A stretch of DNA of 64,000 nt from Microbacteriaceae bacterium (GTDB lineage Bacteria > Actinomycetota > Actinomycetes > Actinomycetales > Microbacteriaceae), in contig JASGFF010000001.1 of the NCBI GenBank assembly GCA_047605685.1, positions 26,940-90,939 of the forward strand, written 5' to 3'. The position numbers and the translations under genes were made by a program. The notes beneath the pieces were generated by a model. It saw only the letters and a list, made by a program, of their open reading frames with translations, ran no database searches and was not told the DNA's origin. Each line of letters begins with the position of its first letter. Position 1 is the stretch's first letter. Shown here piece after piece: positions 46,394-54,878 of the stretch.

Positions 46394-47458
46394 ATGATCA
46401 CGACCGCGTCAATCGACCGTCCGGGGGAGGGGATCGTGGCCCAGCACACAGTGGCCCAGCACACAGGGACGGCTCGGCGTCCGACCATCCTCGAGGTGGC
46501 CCGGCTGGCCGGCGTCTCGCACCAGACCGTCTCCCGGTTCCTCAGGTTCAACGGCGACGGGCTCAAGCCCGCGACGCGTGAGCGTGTCACCGCCGCGATC
46601 GAGGAGCTGAACTACCGCCCGAACCTCCTCGCCCGCTCCATGCGCACCCGCGTGACCGGCCGGGTGGCCGTGCTCATGCCGGCGCTCGCCTACAACCCGG
46701 CCCGCATGCTCGCCGGCGCGACGCGGACGGCGCACGACGCCGGCTACACCGTGGAGGTCATCAGCCCGGAGGGCGGCGCCGCCTCCCGCGCCGAGCGCAT
46801 CCTGGAACTGTCCGACACGCGACAGGTCGACGGGATCCTGTCGCTGGCGGCCGCCGACCTCGCCGACGGCGACCTGCCGACCGACACGGTCGTCGTCATC
46901 TCCTCGAGCCTCGACGACGAGATGCGCAGCACCGGGGAGCTGACCGACGCGACGCCGATCGTGAGGTTCGTCGAGCGCCTCGCCGAACTCGGACACCGGC
47001 GTTTCTACCACGTGGCCGGCGAGGCCGACTTCCCGTCTGCGCGGACTCGGGCGGCCGCGTTCACCGAGACCGTGGAGCGCCTGGGCCTGGAGTCGACGGG
47101 GATCTACGCGGGCGACTGGAGCGGGGAGTCGGGCGTCGCGGCGGTGCGGGCGATCCGCGCCGGCCACGAGCCCACCGCCATCATCGCGGCCAACGACGTC
47201 ACGGCCGCCGGCGTGATGCGCGGCGCCGTCGCCCGCGGCTGGAGCATTCCCGGCGACATCAGCGTGACCGGCTGGGACAACAACCCGATGGGACCGTTCC
47301 TGAGCCCGTCGCTGACCACCGTGGAGGTGAACCACGAACGGGTCGGCAGCAACGGGATGGCGCGGCTGATCGCCCTGCTGCGCGACGAGGAGCCCCAGAT
47401 CACGGATGTCCCGGTGAACCAGATCATCTGGCGGGAGTCGACCGGCCCCGCCGCCTGA
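46394..47458 (+). CDS. LacI-family transcriptional regulator (probable cognate of the GTGAWCGWTCAC sites)
   Basis: ORF 354 aa. HTH PTILEVARLAGVSHQTVSRFL. The start is uncertain (ATG 46394, or GTG 46436/46451 inside a 15-bp x2 duplication). Confidence 0.85.
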   Translation: MITTASIDRPGEGIVAQHTVAQHTGTARRPTILEVARLAGVSHQTVSRFLRFNGDGLKPATRERVTAAIEELNYRPNLLARSMRTRVTGRVAVLMPALAYNPARMLAGATRTAHDAGYTVEVISPEGGAASRAERILELSDTRQVDGILSLAAADLADGDLPTDTVVVISSSLDDEMRSTGELTDATPIVRFVERLAELGHRRFYHVAGEADFPSARTRAAAFTETVERLGLESTGIYAGDWSGESGVAAVRAIRAGHEPTAIIAANDVTAAGVMRGAVARGWSIPGDISVTGWDNNPMGPFLSPSLTTVEVNHERVGSNGMARLIALLRDEEPQITDVPVNQIIWRESTGPAA

Positions 47459-47558
47459 CGAACCGGGACCCCGGCGGCTCGGCGCCGGTCCACGGGCGTG
47501 CGTCCATCCACAGTCGACACCGGCCGATGGACGCCAGCACCGGCCGATTGACGCCAGA

Positions 47559-47570
47559 GTGATCGTTCAT
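47559..47570. promoter_or_regulatory. operator copy gtgatcgttcat
   Basis: One mismatch to the consensus. 159 nt upstream of the giant ORF. Confidence 0.5.
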
Positions 47571-47589
47571 TATAGTCAGCCGGCAGAGG

Positions 47590-47601
47590 GTGAACGTTCA
47601 C
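47590..47601. promoter_or_regulatory. operator copy gtgaacgttcac (perfect palindrome)
   Basis: 128 nt upstream of the ATG at 47729. Confidence 0.65.
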
Positions 47602-47728
47602 GTTTATGGCGTGGGCGTTGTACAACGACGTCCCCTCCATGACGCGTGCAAGGTCGCACCGCGCCCAGGCTCGTGGACTCACGCACGGAGCACCCCTCGG
47701 GACGTCCCGAAGGAAAGGATGACAGCCC

Positions 47729-50700
47729 ATGAGACGACCGCGTCTATGGATGCCCGCTCTCGCCGCTCTCACGATCGCCACCCTCGGCGCCGGCACGATA
47801 CTCGCCAACGCGACCACGGCCTCCGCCGCGACGACCGTGACGACCGTGACGACGAGCGCCGACACGACGTTCGCCGGCTACACCGACAAGGACGACCTCG
47901 GCACCACCGGACGCGAGATCGTCACGGACGGCGAGCTCCCGGTGACGGACGGCTCGGCGCCCACGGGAACGGGCACCACCTACTACGTCGACTCCGTCGA
48001 CGGCGACGACAGCGCCGACGGCACCTCGACCGACACGGCCTGGCAGTCGTTCGACAACGTGAACGACACCGTGTTCGAGGCGGGCGACCGCATCCTGCTG
48101 AAGGCCGGCAGCGTCTGGGAGGCTGACGGCGACACGGTCGCGACCGAGGCCTACGACTACACGACCTGGAGCGACGGCGTCGGCACCGACGTCGAGGGCG
48201 GCGACCCCACCGCGCTGCTGGCGCCGCAGGGCTCGGGAACCGAGGACGACCCGATCGTGCTCTCCAGCTACGGCGACGGCGCGGCCCCGGAGCTGGACGG
48301 CCGCGGCACCGTCAACGACGTGCTGCAGCTGACGAACCAGGAGCACTGGGACATCTCCAACATCGAGATCACCAACGTGACCGACGGCTTCGACGCCACG
48401 ACGAACGACGCCACAGGCCTCGCGCCGGGCGAGGAGGACCCCGACCAGGGAGACCTGCGCGGCATCCACATCCAGGGCGAGAGCGCGGGGGTTCTCAGCG
48501 GCTTCGACATCCACGACGTCTTCATCCACGACGTCAGCGGCGTGACCTGGTCGGTCACCAATGCCGGCGTCGACCGCTCGAAGCGGACCGGCGGCATCGT
48601 CTTCGAGGGGCTCAAGGGCGACGGCGTCACCGCCAGCCAGCTCGAGGACATCGTGATCAGCGACAGCGTGATCGCGAACACCTCCTTCGCGAACATCGCC
48701 TTCCGCCAGTTCTCCGGAATGGGCACCTGGCGGTATCACGACGTCGACCCGGGATGGGGCGACCGCGCCGCGGCCTCGGCGACCACGACGGGTGTGATCA
48801 CCGAGGACCCCGACTGGACCCCGTTCACCGACGTCGAGATCTCGGGGAACTACCTGACCAACAGCGGCACCGCCTACGGCTGGGACGCCATGTACCTGAC
48901 GAGCGTGCAGGACGCGACGGTCGAGGACAACCTCATCGACGGCGCCGGCGTCACGGGCATCGAGATGTACTGGGACGACAACATCGTGGTCCAGAACAAC
49001 GAGGTCGCGGACATCGAGGAGCGCACGGACGCGGCGGACAAGAACGGCATCGACATGGACCGTGGGACCTCGAACATCCTGGTCCAGGGCAACTACGTCC
49101 ACGACAGCGGCGAGGGCATCCTGCTCTGCGGGTTCTCGTTCAGCACGGCGGTCGTGCGGTACAACATCATCGCCGACATCGATCGCAACTACATCAACCC
49201 GCACGGCGACAGCGGCGTCAACGTCATCTACAACAACCTGATGTACAACGCCCAGGAGGGCGAGAGCGACGAGATCGGCTTCTTCCGCTCCTCGGGGACG
49301 GAGTCGACCTACCTGACGTCGAGCAATCTGCACTACGTGCTGAACAACGTGTTCATCAACACGCAGTCCGACGGGGTGACCGGCTCCGACTTCGAGACCG
49401 ACTATCCCGGCGTGACCTTCAGCAACAACTCCTACTCCGGGGTGGAGATCAGCGCCCCATCGGCCGACGCGAACGCCATCACGGCCGACCCGCAGCTGAT
49501 CGGGGACCCGCTGGACGACATCACCAACGCGGAGATCGGCTCGGTCTCCTCGCCGCTGATCGCGGCCGGCACCACCGTCGACCTGGCCACGATCGCGCCC
49601 GGCTTCGACGCCAGCGGGGAGTCGGACGACAGCCAGCTCACGGCCAGCACCGACTTCTTCGGCGAGAGCCTCTCGACGCCGCCCACGGTCGGCCCCACCT
49701 CGTACACGCCCGCCGACGGCGACGGCGTGATCGCGGGTGAGGTGCTGGACGAATCGGGTGAGCCCGTGCCCGACGCGACCGTCAGCTACGACTCGGAGTC
49801 GGTCACCGCCGACGACGACGGTCATTATGCGATCGAGGTCGAGGCCGGCACGTACACCCTGACGCCGAGCGCCACGGACTACGAGTCGGGCGACGGCGTC
49901 GAGGTGACGGTCGCCGACGGGGAGACGCTGGGGACGGACCTGACCCTGGGCGAGACGACCACCACCCTCGGCACGGTGACCGGCACGGTCACCGCCGCCG
50001 GATCCGTCGTCGCGGACGCGACCGTCGTGCTGTCGGAGGGCGAGGAGACCGTGGCGACGACCACGACCGACGACACTGGCGTCTACGCTTTCTCCGACGT
50101 GCCGGCGGCGAGCGACTACACGGTCGACGTGACCAAGGACGGCTACCTGGAGAGCTCCACGTCCGATGTGACCGTCGCGGCCGCGCGCACGACGACGGTC
50201 GACGTCACGCTCTCCCGCGATCCGGGCGAGACCGACTACGCGATCAACGAGACCTTCGACGACGAGACCACCGGCACCTTCACCGGCACCGCTGACGGCG
50301 TCTTCGCCGTGACCTCCTCGTCCTCGTCGGCGGCCACGCTCAGCATCGTGGAGGACGCCGACCAGTCGGGCAACAAGTACCTGGACATCGACAAGACCGC
50401 CAGCGGCAACATCGCGGTGTACACGCCCGAGGCGCAGGGCCTCACCGGCACGGTCACGATCGAGGCGAGGGTCAAACGCACCTCGACGACCTCCTACCCC
50501 AACCAGGTGGGCTTGTACTCCTACGCCGCGTCGGGCTGGGATGCCACCTCGCCGTGGTCCTCGTCCGACCCAGCGGCGACGTTCGCCTTCTCGAACGGGA
50601 ACATCATCACGCACAACGTGACCGGGTCGAGCACGACCGTGGCCGCCGAGGCCTACACGGTCGACCAGTGGTACACGATCCGCAACGTCGTCGACCTCGA

Positions 50701-52321
50701 CACCGGGACGTTCGACTTCTATGTGGACGACATGACCACGCCGGTCCTGTCCGACCAGCCGTTGCGCAGCCAGGTGGACGAGCTCGACTACTTCTCGTTC
50801 CTGTCCACCTCGTCGAACATCGGCGACATGCTCGTCGACTACTTCCGGGTGAACACCGGCGAGCCGTACGACTACGACGACTCCGTCCTCGGCAGCGTCG
50901 ACGTGGAGACCGACGACGGCCAGGTGACACTGGACACGTCGGACGACGGGCTGACCTACTCCGGCACCGTCGACCAGTTCACCGACGAGGTCACGGTCGC
51001 CGCGACCGCGGACAGCCCGTTCGCGAGCGTCTCCGTCGACGGGACCACGGTCGCCGACGGTGAGACGGTGACCGTGCCACTGGACGAGGGAGACGACCAG
51101 GAGGCGACGATCACGACCGACATCCCCGTCGTGGTCACCGCCGAGGACGACAGCACGACCTCCTACACGATCGCCATATCGCGGACCAATCCAAGCCAGT
51201 CGACACAGTTGCGCGACCTCTCGGTCGTCGGCTACGAGCTGAGCCCGACGTTCGAGCCGGACCTGCAGGGAACCGACGAGCCGTACACGCTGACCGAGAC
51301 CCTGGACAGCTCGGTGACCTCGGCGGAGATCGAGTGGGTGGTCGGCTGGGACGACCAGAGCGTGCAGGTCGACGGTAAGGACATCGCATCCGGCACGACC
51401 GAGACCACGGTCGATCTGGAGGCCGGCGAGAACACGATCGAGGTCGTGGCGAGCTCGTACGCGGGCGAGACGGGCACCTACGTGATCACGATCGACGTGG
51501 CCGAAGAGCCCACCTCCGTCACCGTGACCGGCACGTCCAGCGTTGTGGTCGGCGAGACGACCACGCTGACGGCGACGGTCGCGCCCGACGACGCGGATCA
51601 GAGCGTCACCTGGTCGTCGTCGGACACCGCGGTCGCCACCGTCTCCTCCGCGGGAGTCGTCACCGGCGTGGCGGAGGGGACGGCGGTGATCACGGCCACC
51701 TCCGATGCCGACGACGACATCTCCGGCTCGCTCTCGGTCACCGTGTCGCCCGCGGCTTCGGTCGCCACGGCTTCCACGGCGGCGGCGATATCGGCCGGCA
51801 CCGTGACGGTGTCGGGTACGGCGAGGGTCGGTTCGACGCTGCGAGCGCACACGGGGAGCTGGTCCCCCACGGGCGTGACGTTCACGTATCAATGGCTGCG
51901 CAATGGCGTCGCGATCAGCGGGGCCACGGGCTCGTCGCACAAGCTCGTGGCGAAGGACGCCCACACCCGGCTGAGCGTGCAGGTGACGGCCTCGGCCACC
52001 GGCTACACGAGCACCACGGCCGTGTCCGCCGCGACCACGAAGGTGAAGCTCGGCAAGCTGACGACGAAGAAGCCCACGATCGCGGGGACCGCTAAGGTCG
52101 GCAAGAGGCTGAAGGCCAAGTCGGGCACCTGGAGCCCGTCGGGCGTGAAGCTGCACTACCGGTGGTACCGCAACGGCAAGGTCATCAAGGGCGCCACCGC
52201 GTCGACCTACCGGCTCAAGAAGGCCGACAAGGGCGCCAAGATCACCGTGAAGGTCACCGGCAAGAAGTCCGGCTACGCGACGGCCGCCAAGAAGTCGAAG
52301 GCGACCGCGAAGGTCCGCTGA
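47729..52321 (+). CDS. secreted 1530-aa multidomain protein with a right-handed parallel beta-helix catalytic-type region (putative polysaccharide lyase/glycanase of unknown specificity)
   Basis: Signal peptide residues 1-33 (..ATTASA). Beta-helix-like repeats about residues 80-600 (47966-49528). Two CarboxypepD_reg-like domains (49724-49948, 49970-50215). LamG/ConA-like domain (50231-50854). Two cadherin-like beta-sandwiches (50882-51184, 51200-51496). Big_2 domain (51512-51745). Two paralogous C-terminal repeats (51791-52036, 52058-52318). Domain names are from pattern recognition only. Confidence 0.85.
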   Translation: MRRPRLWMPALAALTIATLGAGTILANATTASAATTVTTVTTSADTTFAGYTDKDDLGTTGREIVTDGELPVTDGSAPTGTGTTYYVDSVDGDDSADGTSTDTAWQSFDNVNDTVFEAGDRILLKAGSVWEADGDTVATEAYDYTTWSDGVGTDVEGGDPTALLAPQGSGTEDDPIVLSSYGDGAAPELDGRGTVNDVLQLTNQEHWDISNIEITNVTDGFDATTNDATGLAPGEEDPDQGDLRGIHIQGESAGVLSGFDIHDVFIHDVSGVTWSVTNAGVDRSKRTGGIVFEGLKGDGVTASQLEDIVISDSVIANTSFANIAFRQFSGMGTWRYHDVDPGWGDRAAASATTTGVITEDPDWTPFTDVEISGNYLTNSGTAYGWDAMYLTSVQDATVEDNLIDGAGVTGIEMYWDDNIVVQNNEVADIEERTDAADKNGIDMDRGTSNILVQGNYVHDSGEGILLCGFSFSTAVVRYNIIADIDRNYINPHGDSGVNVIYNNLMYNAQEGESDEIGFFRSSGTESTYLTSSNLHYVLNNVFINTQSDGVTGSDFETDYPGVTFSNNSYSGVEISAPSADANAITADPQLIGDPLDDITNAEIGSVSSPLIAAGTTVDLATIAPGFDASGESDDSQLTASTDFFGESLSTPPTVGPTSYTPADGDGVIAGEVLDESGEPVPDATVSYDSESVTADDDGHYAIEVEAGTYTLTPSATDYESGDGVEVTVADGETLGTDLTLGETTTTLGTVTGTVTAAGSVVADATVVLSEGEETVATTTTDDTGVYAFSDVPAASDYTVDVTKDGYLESSTSDVTVAAARTTTVDVTLSRDPGETDYAINETFDDETTGTFTGTADGVFAVTSSSSSAATLSIVEDADQSGNKYLDIDKTASGNIAVYTPEAQGLTGTVTIEARVKRTSTTSYPNQVGLYSYAASGWDATSPWSSSDPAATFAFSNGNIITHNVTGSSTTVAAEAYTVDQWYTIRNVVDLDTGTFDFYVDDMTTPVLSDQPLRSQVDELDYFSFLSTSSNIGDMLVDYFRVNTGEPYDYDDSVLGSVDVETDDGQVTLDTSDDGLTYSGTVDQFTDEVTVAATADSPFASVSVDGTTVADGETVTVPLDEGDDQEATITTDIPVVVTAEDDSTTSYTIAISRTNPSQSTQLRDLSVVGYELSPTFEPDLQGTDEPYTLTETLDSSVTSAEIEWVVGWDDQSVQVDGKDIASGTTETTVDLEAGENTIEVVASSYAGETGTYVITIDVAEEPTSVTVTGTSSVVVGETTTLTATVAPDDADQSVTWSSSDTAVATVSSAGVVTGVAEGTAVITATSDADDDISGSLSVTVSPAASVATASTAAAISAGTVTVSGTARVGSTLRAHTGSWSPTGVTFTYQWLRNGVAISGATGSSHKLVAKDAHTRLSVQVTASATGYTSTTAVSAATTKVKLGKLTTKKPTIAGTAKVGKRLKAKSGTWSPSGVKLHYRWYRNGKVIKGATASTYRLKKADKGAKITVKVTGKKSGYATAAKKSKATAKVR

Positions 52322-52354
52322 CCTGACGGCGGATCCCGACGGCGGATCCCGAAT

Positions 52355-52391
52355 AGAGGCCCGGCTCCCGTCCCACGGGGGCCGGGCCTCT
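52355..52391. terminator. strong GC hairpin (11-bp arms agaggcccggc / gccgggcctct) between convergent genes
   Basis: Perfect inverted repeat 34 nt after the giant ORF stop, followed by cgtgtt. Preceded by a 13-bp x2 direct repeat (52325-52350). Confidence 0.65.
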
Positions 52392-52481
52392 CGTGTTCGC
52401 GCCGGAGCGCCGGCACCCGGCCGGACTCCACGTGGTCGACGCGAGGCAACGGACTCGGCCCCCGCCGGGTCGGCAGACCGG

Positions 52482-53555
52482 TTACGGCGCGAGAACGCGC
52501 GCCTGAGCCTGCGCGCGGACGCTGAGCTCGGCCGCCTTGAAGGCGTGCGCCTGCGTCATCGCGTTCTCGGTGCGGTTCAGGCAATCCAGTATGAGCTCGC
52601 CGAAGAAGGGGTAGCCGACGGTGCCCGCGGCGTCGATGCGCCGCTCGCCGTCGCCGTTGACCAGGAACAGCTGGCCGGGGCCGTGGCCCGTGGCCACATC
52701 CACGTACTTGCGCAGCTCGATGTACCCCTCGGTGCCGAGGATGAAGGTGCGGCCGTCGCCCCAGGTCCTCAGCCCGTCGGGGGTGAACCAGTCGACGCGC
52801 ACGTATCCGGTGGTGCCGTTGTCCAGGACCAGGTGGGCGTCGCCGAAGTCGTCCAGCCCCGGCGTCTCGGGGTGCGCGTGGTTCGCGATCGTCGCACTGC
52901 TGATCTCGGCGTCCTGCGCGCCGGTGAAGTGCAGCAGCTGCTCGAAGTTGTGGCTGCCGATGTCGCACAGGATGCCGCCGTACCGCTCGCGCTCGAAGAA
53001 CCAGTCGGGCCTGCCGGTGCCGAGCCGGTGCGGCCCGAAGCCGGCGACGTGCAGCACCCGGCCGATCGCGCCCTCCTCGATGAGCCGGCCGGCCAGGACG
53101 GCCGCCTCGACGTGGATGCGCTCCGCGTAGTAGACCGCGTATTTGCGCCCGGTGCGCTCGGTGGCGGCGCGGGCGGCGGCCAGCTGGTCAAGGGTGGTCA
53201 GCGGCGCCTTGTCGGTGAAGTAGTCCTTGCCCGCTGCCATCACCCGCAGTCCCAGCTCGCAGCGCTCCGAGGCGATCGCGGCGCCGGCGACCAGGCGCAC
53301 CTGCGGATCGTCGAGCACCTCGGCCTCGCTGCGGGCGATGCGCGCCTGCGGGAAGGTCTCGCGGAATCTCTCGGCCCGCCCGGGCACCGGGTCGTAGACC
53401 CACTTCAGTGTGGCGCCGGCGTCGACGAGCGCGCCGGTCATGCCGCGGATGTGCCCGTGGTCGAGGTGGGTCGCGGCGATGACGAACTCGCCGGGTGCGA
53501 CCACGGGCCGGGGCACGGATGCGGGCGCGTAGTTGGCGCCGTCGGAACTGGGCAT
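52482..53555 (-). CDS. Gfo/Idh/MocA-family oxidoreductase
   Basis: C-terminal 357 codons of ORF 52482..54767, from MPSSDGANYAP. Rossmann N-domain plus a GFO_IDH_MocA C-domain pattern. Confidence 0.8.
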   Translation of the reverse strand: MPSSDGANYAPASVPRPVVAPGEFVIAATHLDHGHIRGMTGALVDAGATLKWVYDPVPGRAERFRETFPQARIARSEAEVLDDPQVRLVAGAAIASERCELGLRVMAAGKDYFTDKAPLTTLDQLAAARAATERTGRKYAVYYAERIHVEAAVLAGRLIEEGAIGRVLHVAGFGPHRLGTGRPDWFFERERYGGILCDIGSHNFEQLLHFTGAQDAEISSATIANHAHPETPGLDDFGDAHLVLDNGTTGYVRVDWFTPDGLRTWGDGRTFILGTEGYIELRKYVDVATGHGPGQLFLVNGDGERRIDAAGTVGYPFFGELILDCLNRTENAMTQAHAFKAAELSVRAQAQARVLAP

Positions 53556-53581
53556 GGATTCCTCGCTGTCGCCGTCGCCGC

Positions 53582-54742
53582 TCAGCCGGCGTCCGACGAG
53601 GCGCCGACGATGATGGCGCCCTGCTCGCGCCGAGAGCCGGTCTTCTCGAAGAAGCGCGGGGCGCGCGACTCGAGCCCGCCGGAGCGGTAGTAGGGGCTGT
53701 CCGGCGGCAGCGGCAGGTCGATGGTGCGACGCTCGATCGCCGCCTGGTAGATCGCGGTGACCAGTTCGACGGCATTGCGCCCGTCGACGCCGGTGGCCTG
53801 CAGCGGCGCCTCGCCGCGGATCGCGGCGAGGACGTTGGCGATCTGCCCCGCGTGGCGCACGTGCTCCAGCGGCACGTGGCTCGCGGCGAGCGCGTCGAGT
53901 CGCGCCACGAGCTCTGCGTCGCCGCCCGGCGCGGGGAAGCCGTCCTCGCCGCCCCTCTCGGCGACGGCGCGCCACGGCTGGGAGACGCGCGCTCGCTCGC
54001 CCTGCACGACGATCGCCTGTTCCTCGCCGTGGTCGACGACGGAGCTCGTCAGCTCCGCGAGCGCCCGGTCGTACTGGAGCACGGCCACCGACAGGTCTTC
54101 GACCTCGGCGTTGTCGTGCTGTGCGTTGGTCATCATGGCGGCCACGGCGCGCGGGCGGCCCAGCAGCCACAGCAGCAGGTCGATGTGGTGGATCGCGTGG
54201 TTGAGCGTGCAGCCGCCGCCCTCCGAGGCCCAGGTGCCGCGCCACCACAGGTCGTAATAGGGCAGGCCGCGCCACCACGACGAGTCGACCCGCACATGGG
54301 AGATCGAGCCGATCAGACCGGTGCCGAGCACCTCCTTGAGCGTGGCGATGTCGTCGCGGTAGCGGTTCTGCGCGATCACGGACAGGATGCGTCCCGACTC
54401 CGCCGCCGCGGCGAGCATCGCGTCGCACTCCTCGAGCGAGGTGGCCATCGGCTTCTCGACGACGACGTTCACCCCGTGACGCAGGTACTGGATCGCCAGC
54501 GGCGCGTGCGCCGCCGGCGGGGTGACGATGCTGACGAGGTCGAGTCGCTCGGCCGCGAGCATCGAATCGGCGCTGTCGTAGGCCCGCACGTTCCGCAGGC
54601 CGTGCTCGTCGCGCTTGGCGGACGCCCGCTCGACGCCGAGATCGGAGATCGCCACGATCTCGACCTCCTCGGGGAACTGCAGGTACGCCTTGATGTGCGC
54701 GTTCGAGATCCCGCCGGCTCCGACGATTCCGACCTTGAGCAT
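53582..54742 (-). CDS. Gfo/Idh/MocA-family oxidoreductase
   Basis: ORF 386 aa. MLKVGIVGAGGISNAHI..VVVEKPMA motifs. Confidence 0.85.
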   Translation of the reverse strand: MLKVGIVGAGGISNAHIKAYLQFPEEVEIVAISDLGVERASAKRDEHGLRNVRAYDSADSMLAAERLDLVSIVTPPAAHAPLAIQYLRHGVNVVVEKPMATSLEECDAMLAAAAESGRILSVIAQNRYRDDIATLKEVLGTGLIGSISHVRVDSSWWRGLPYYDLWWRGTWASEGGGCTLNHAIHHIDLLLWLLGRPRAVAAMMTNAQHDNAEVEDLSVAVLQYDRALAELTSSVVDHGEEQAIVVQGERARVSQPWRAVAERGGEDGFPAPGGDAELVARLDALAASHVPLEHVRHAGQIANVLAAIRGEAPLQATGVDGRNAVELVTAIYQAAIERRTIDLPLPPDSPYYRSGGLESRAPRFFEKTGSRREQGAIIVGASSDAG

Positions 54743-54776
54743 CCGCGCTCGTCCCCTCTCCGGACACCGAACATTA

Positions 54777-54788
54777 GTGATCGTTCAC
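54777..54788. promoter_or_regulatory. operator copy gtgatcgttcac
   Basis: 35 nt upstream of the oxidoreductase start at 54742. Confidence 0.65.
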
Positions 54789-54859
54789 CAAATGCTACCG
54801 CGGCCCGCTCGCGTCGGCCAGGCCGCTGCCGCACCCCCACCCCGGGCCCCGTTAGGTAA

Positions 54860-54877
54860 TTAGTTACTTGTCACTAA
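54860..54877. promoter_or_regulatory. candidate TetR operator (ttagttac-tt-gtcactaa, 8-bp arms, 1 mismatch) in a strikingly AT-rich patch
   Basis: gttaggtaattagttacttgtcactaac ends one base before the TetR ATG. Confidence 0.5.
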
Positions 54878-54878
54878 C

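Noticed and set aside
47744-52156. 1470-aa ORF antisense to the giant beta-helix gene
   Set aside because: Arg/Gly/Asp/Val-rich low-complexity translation with no recognisable motifs. It is the mirror frame of a clearly domain-structured sense gene, which is a typical high-GC artefact.
52058-52318. Sortase (LPXTG) or lipobox anchoring signal at the end of the giant protein
   Set aside because: No LPXTG-like motif, hydrophobic helix or Cys is present. The tail is a Lys-rich copy of the preceding repeat.
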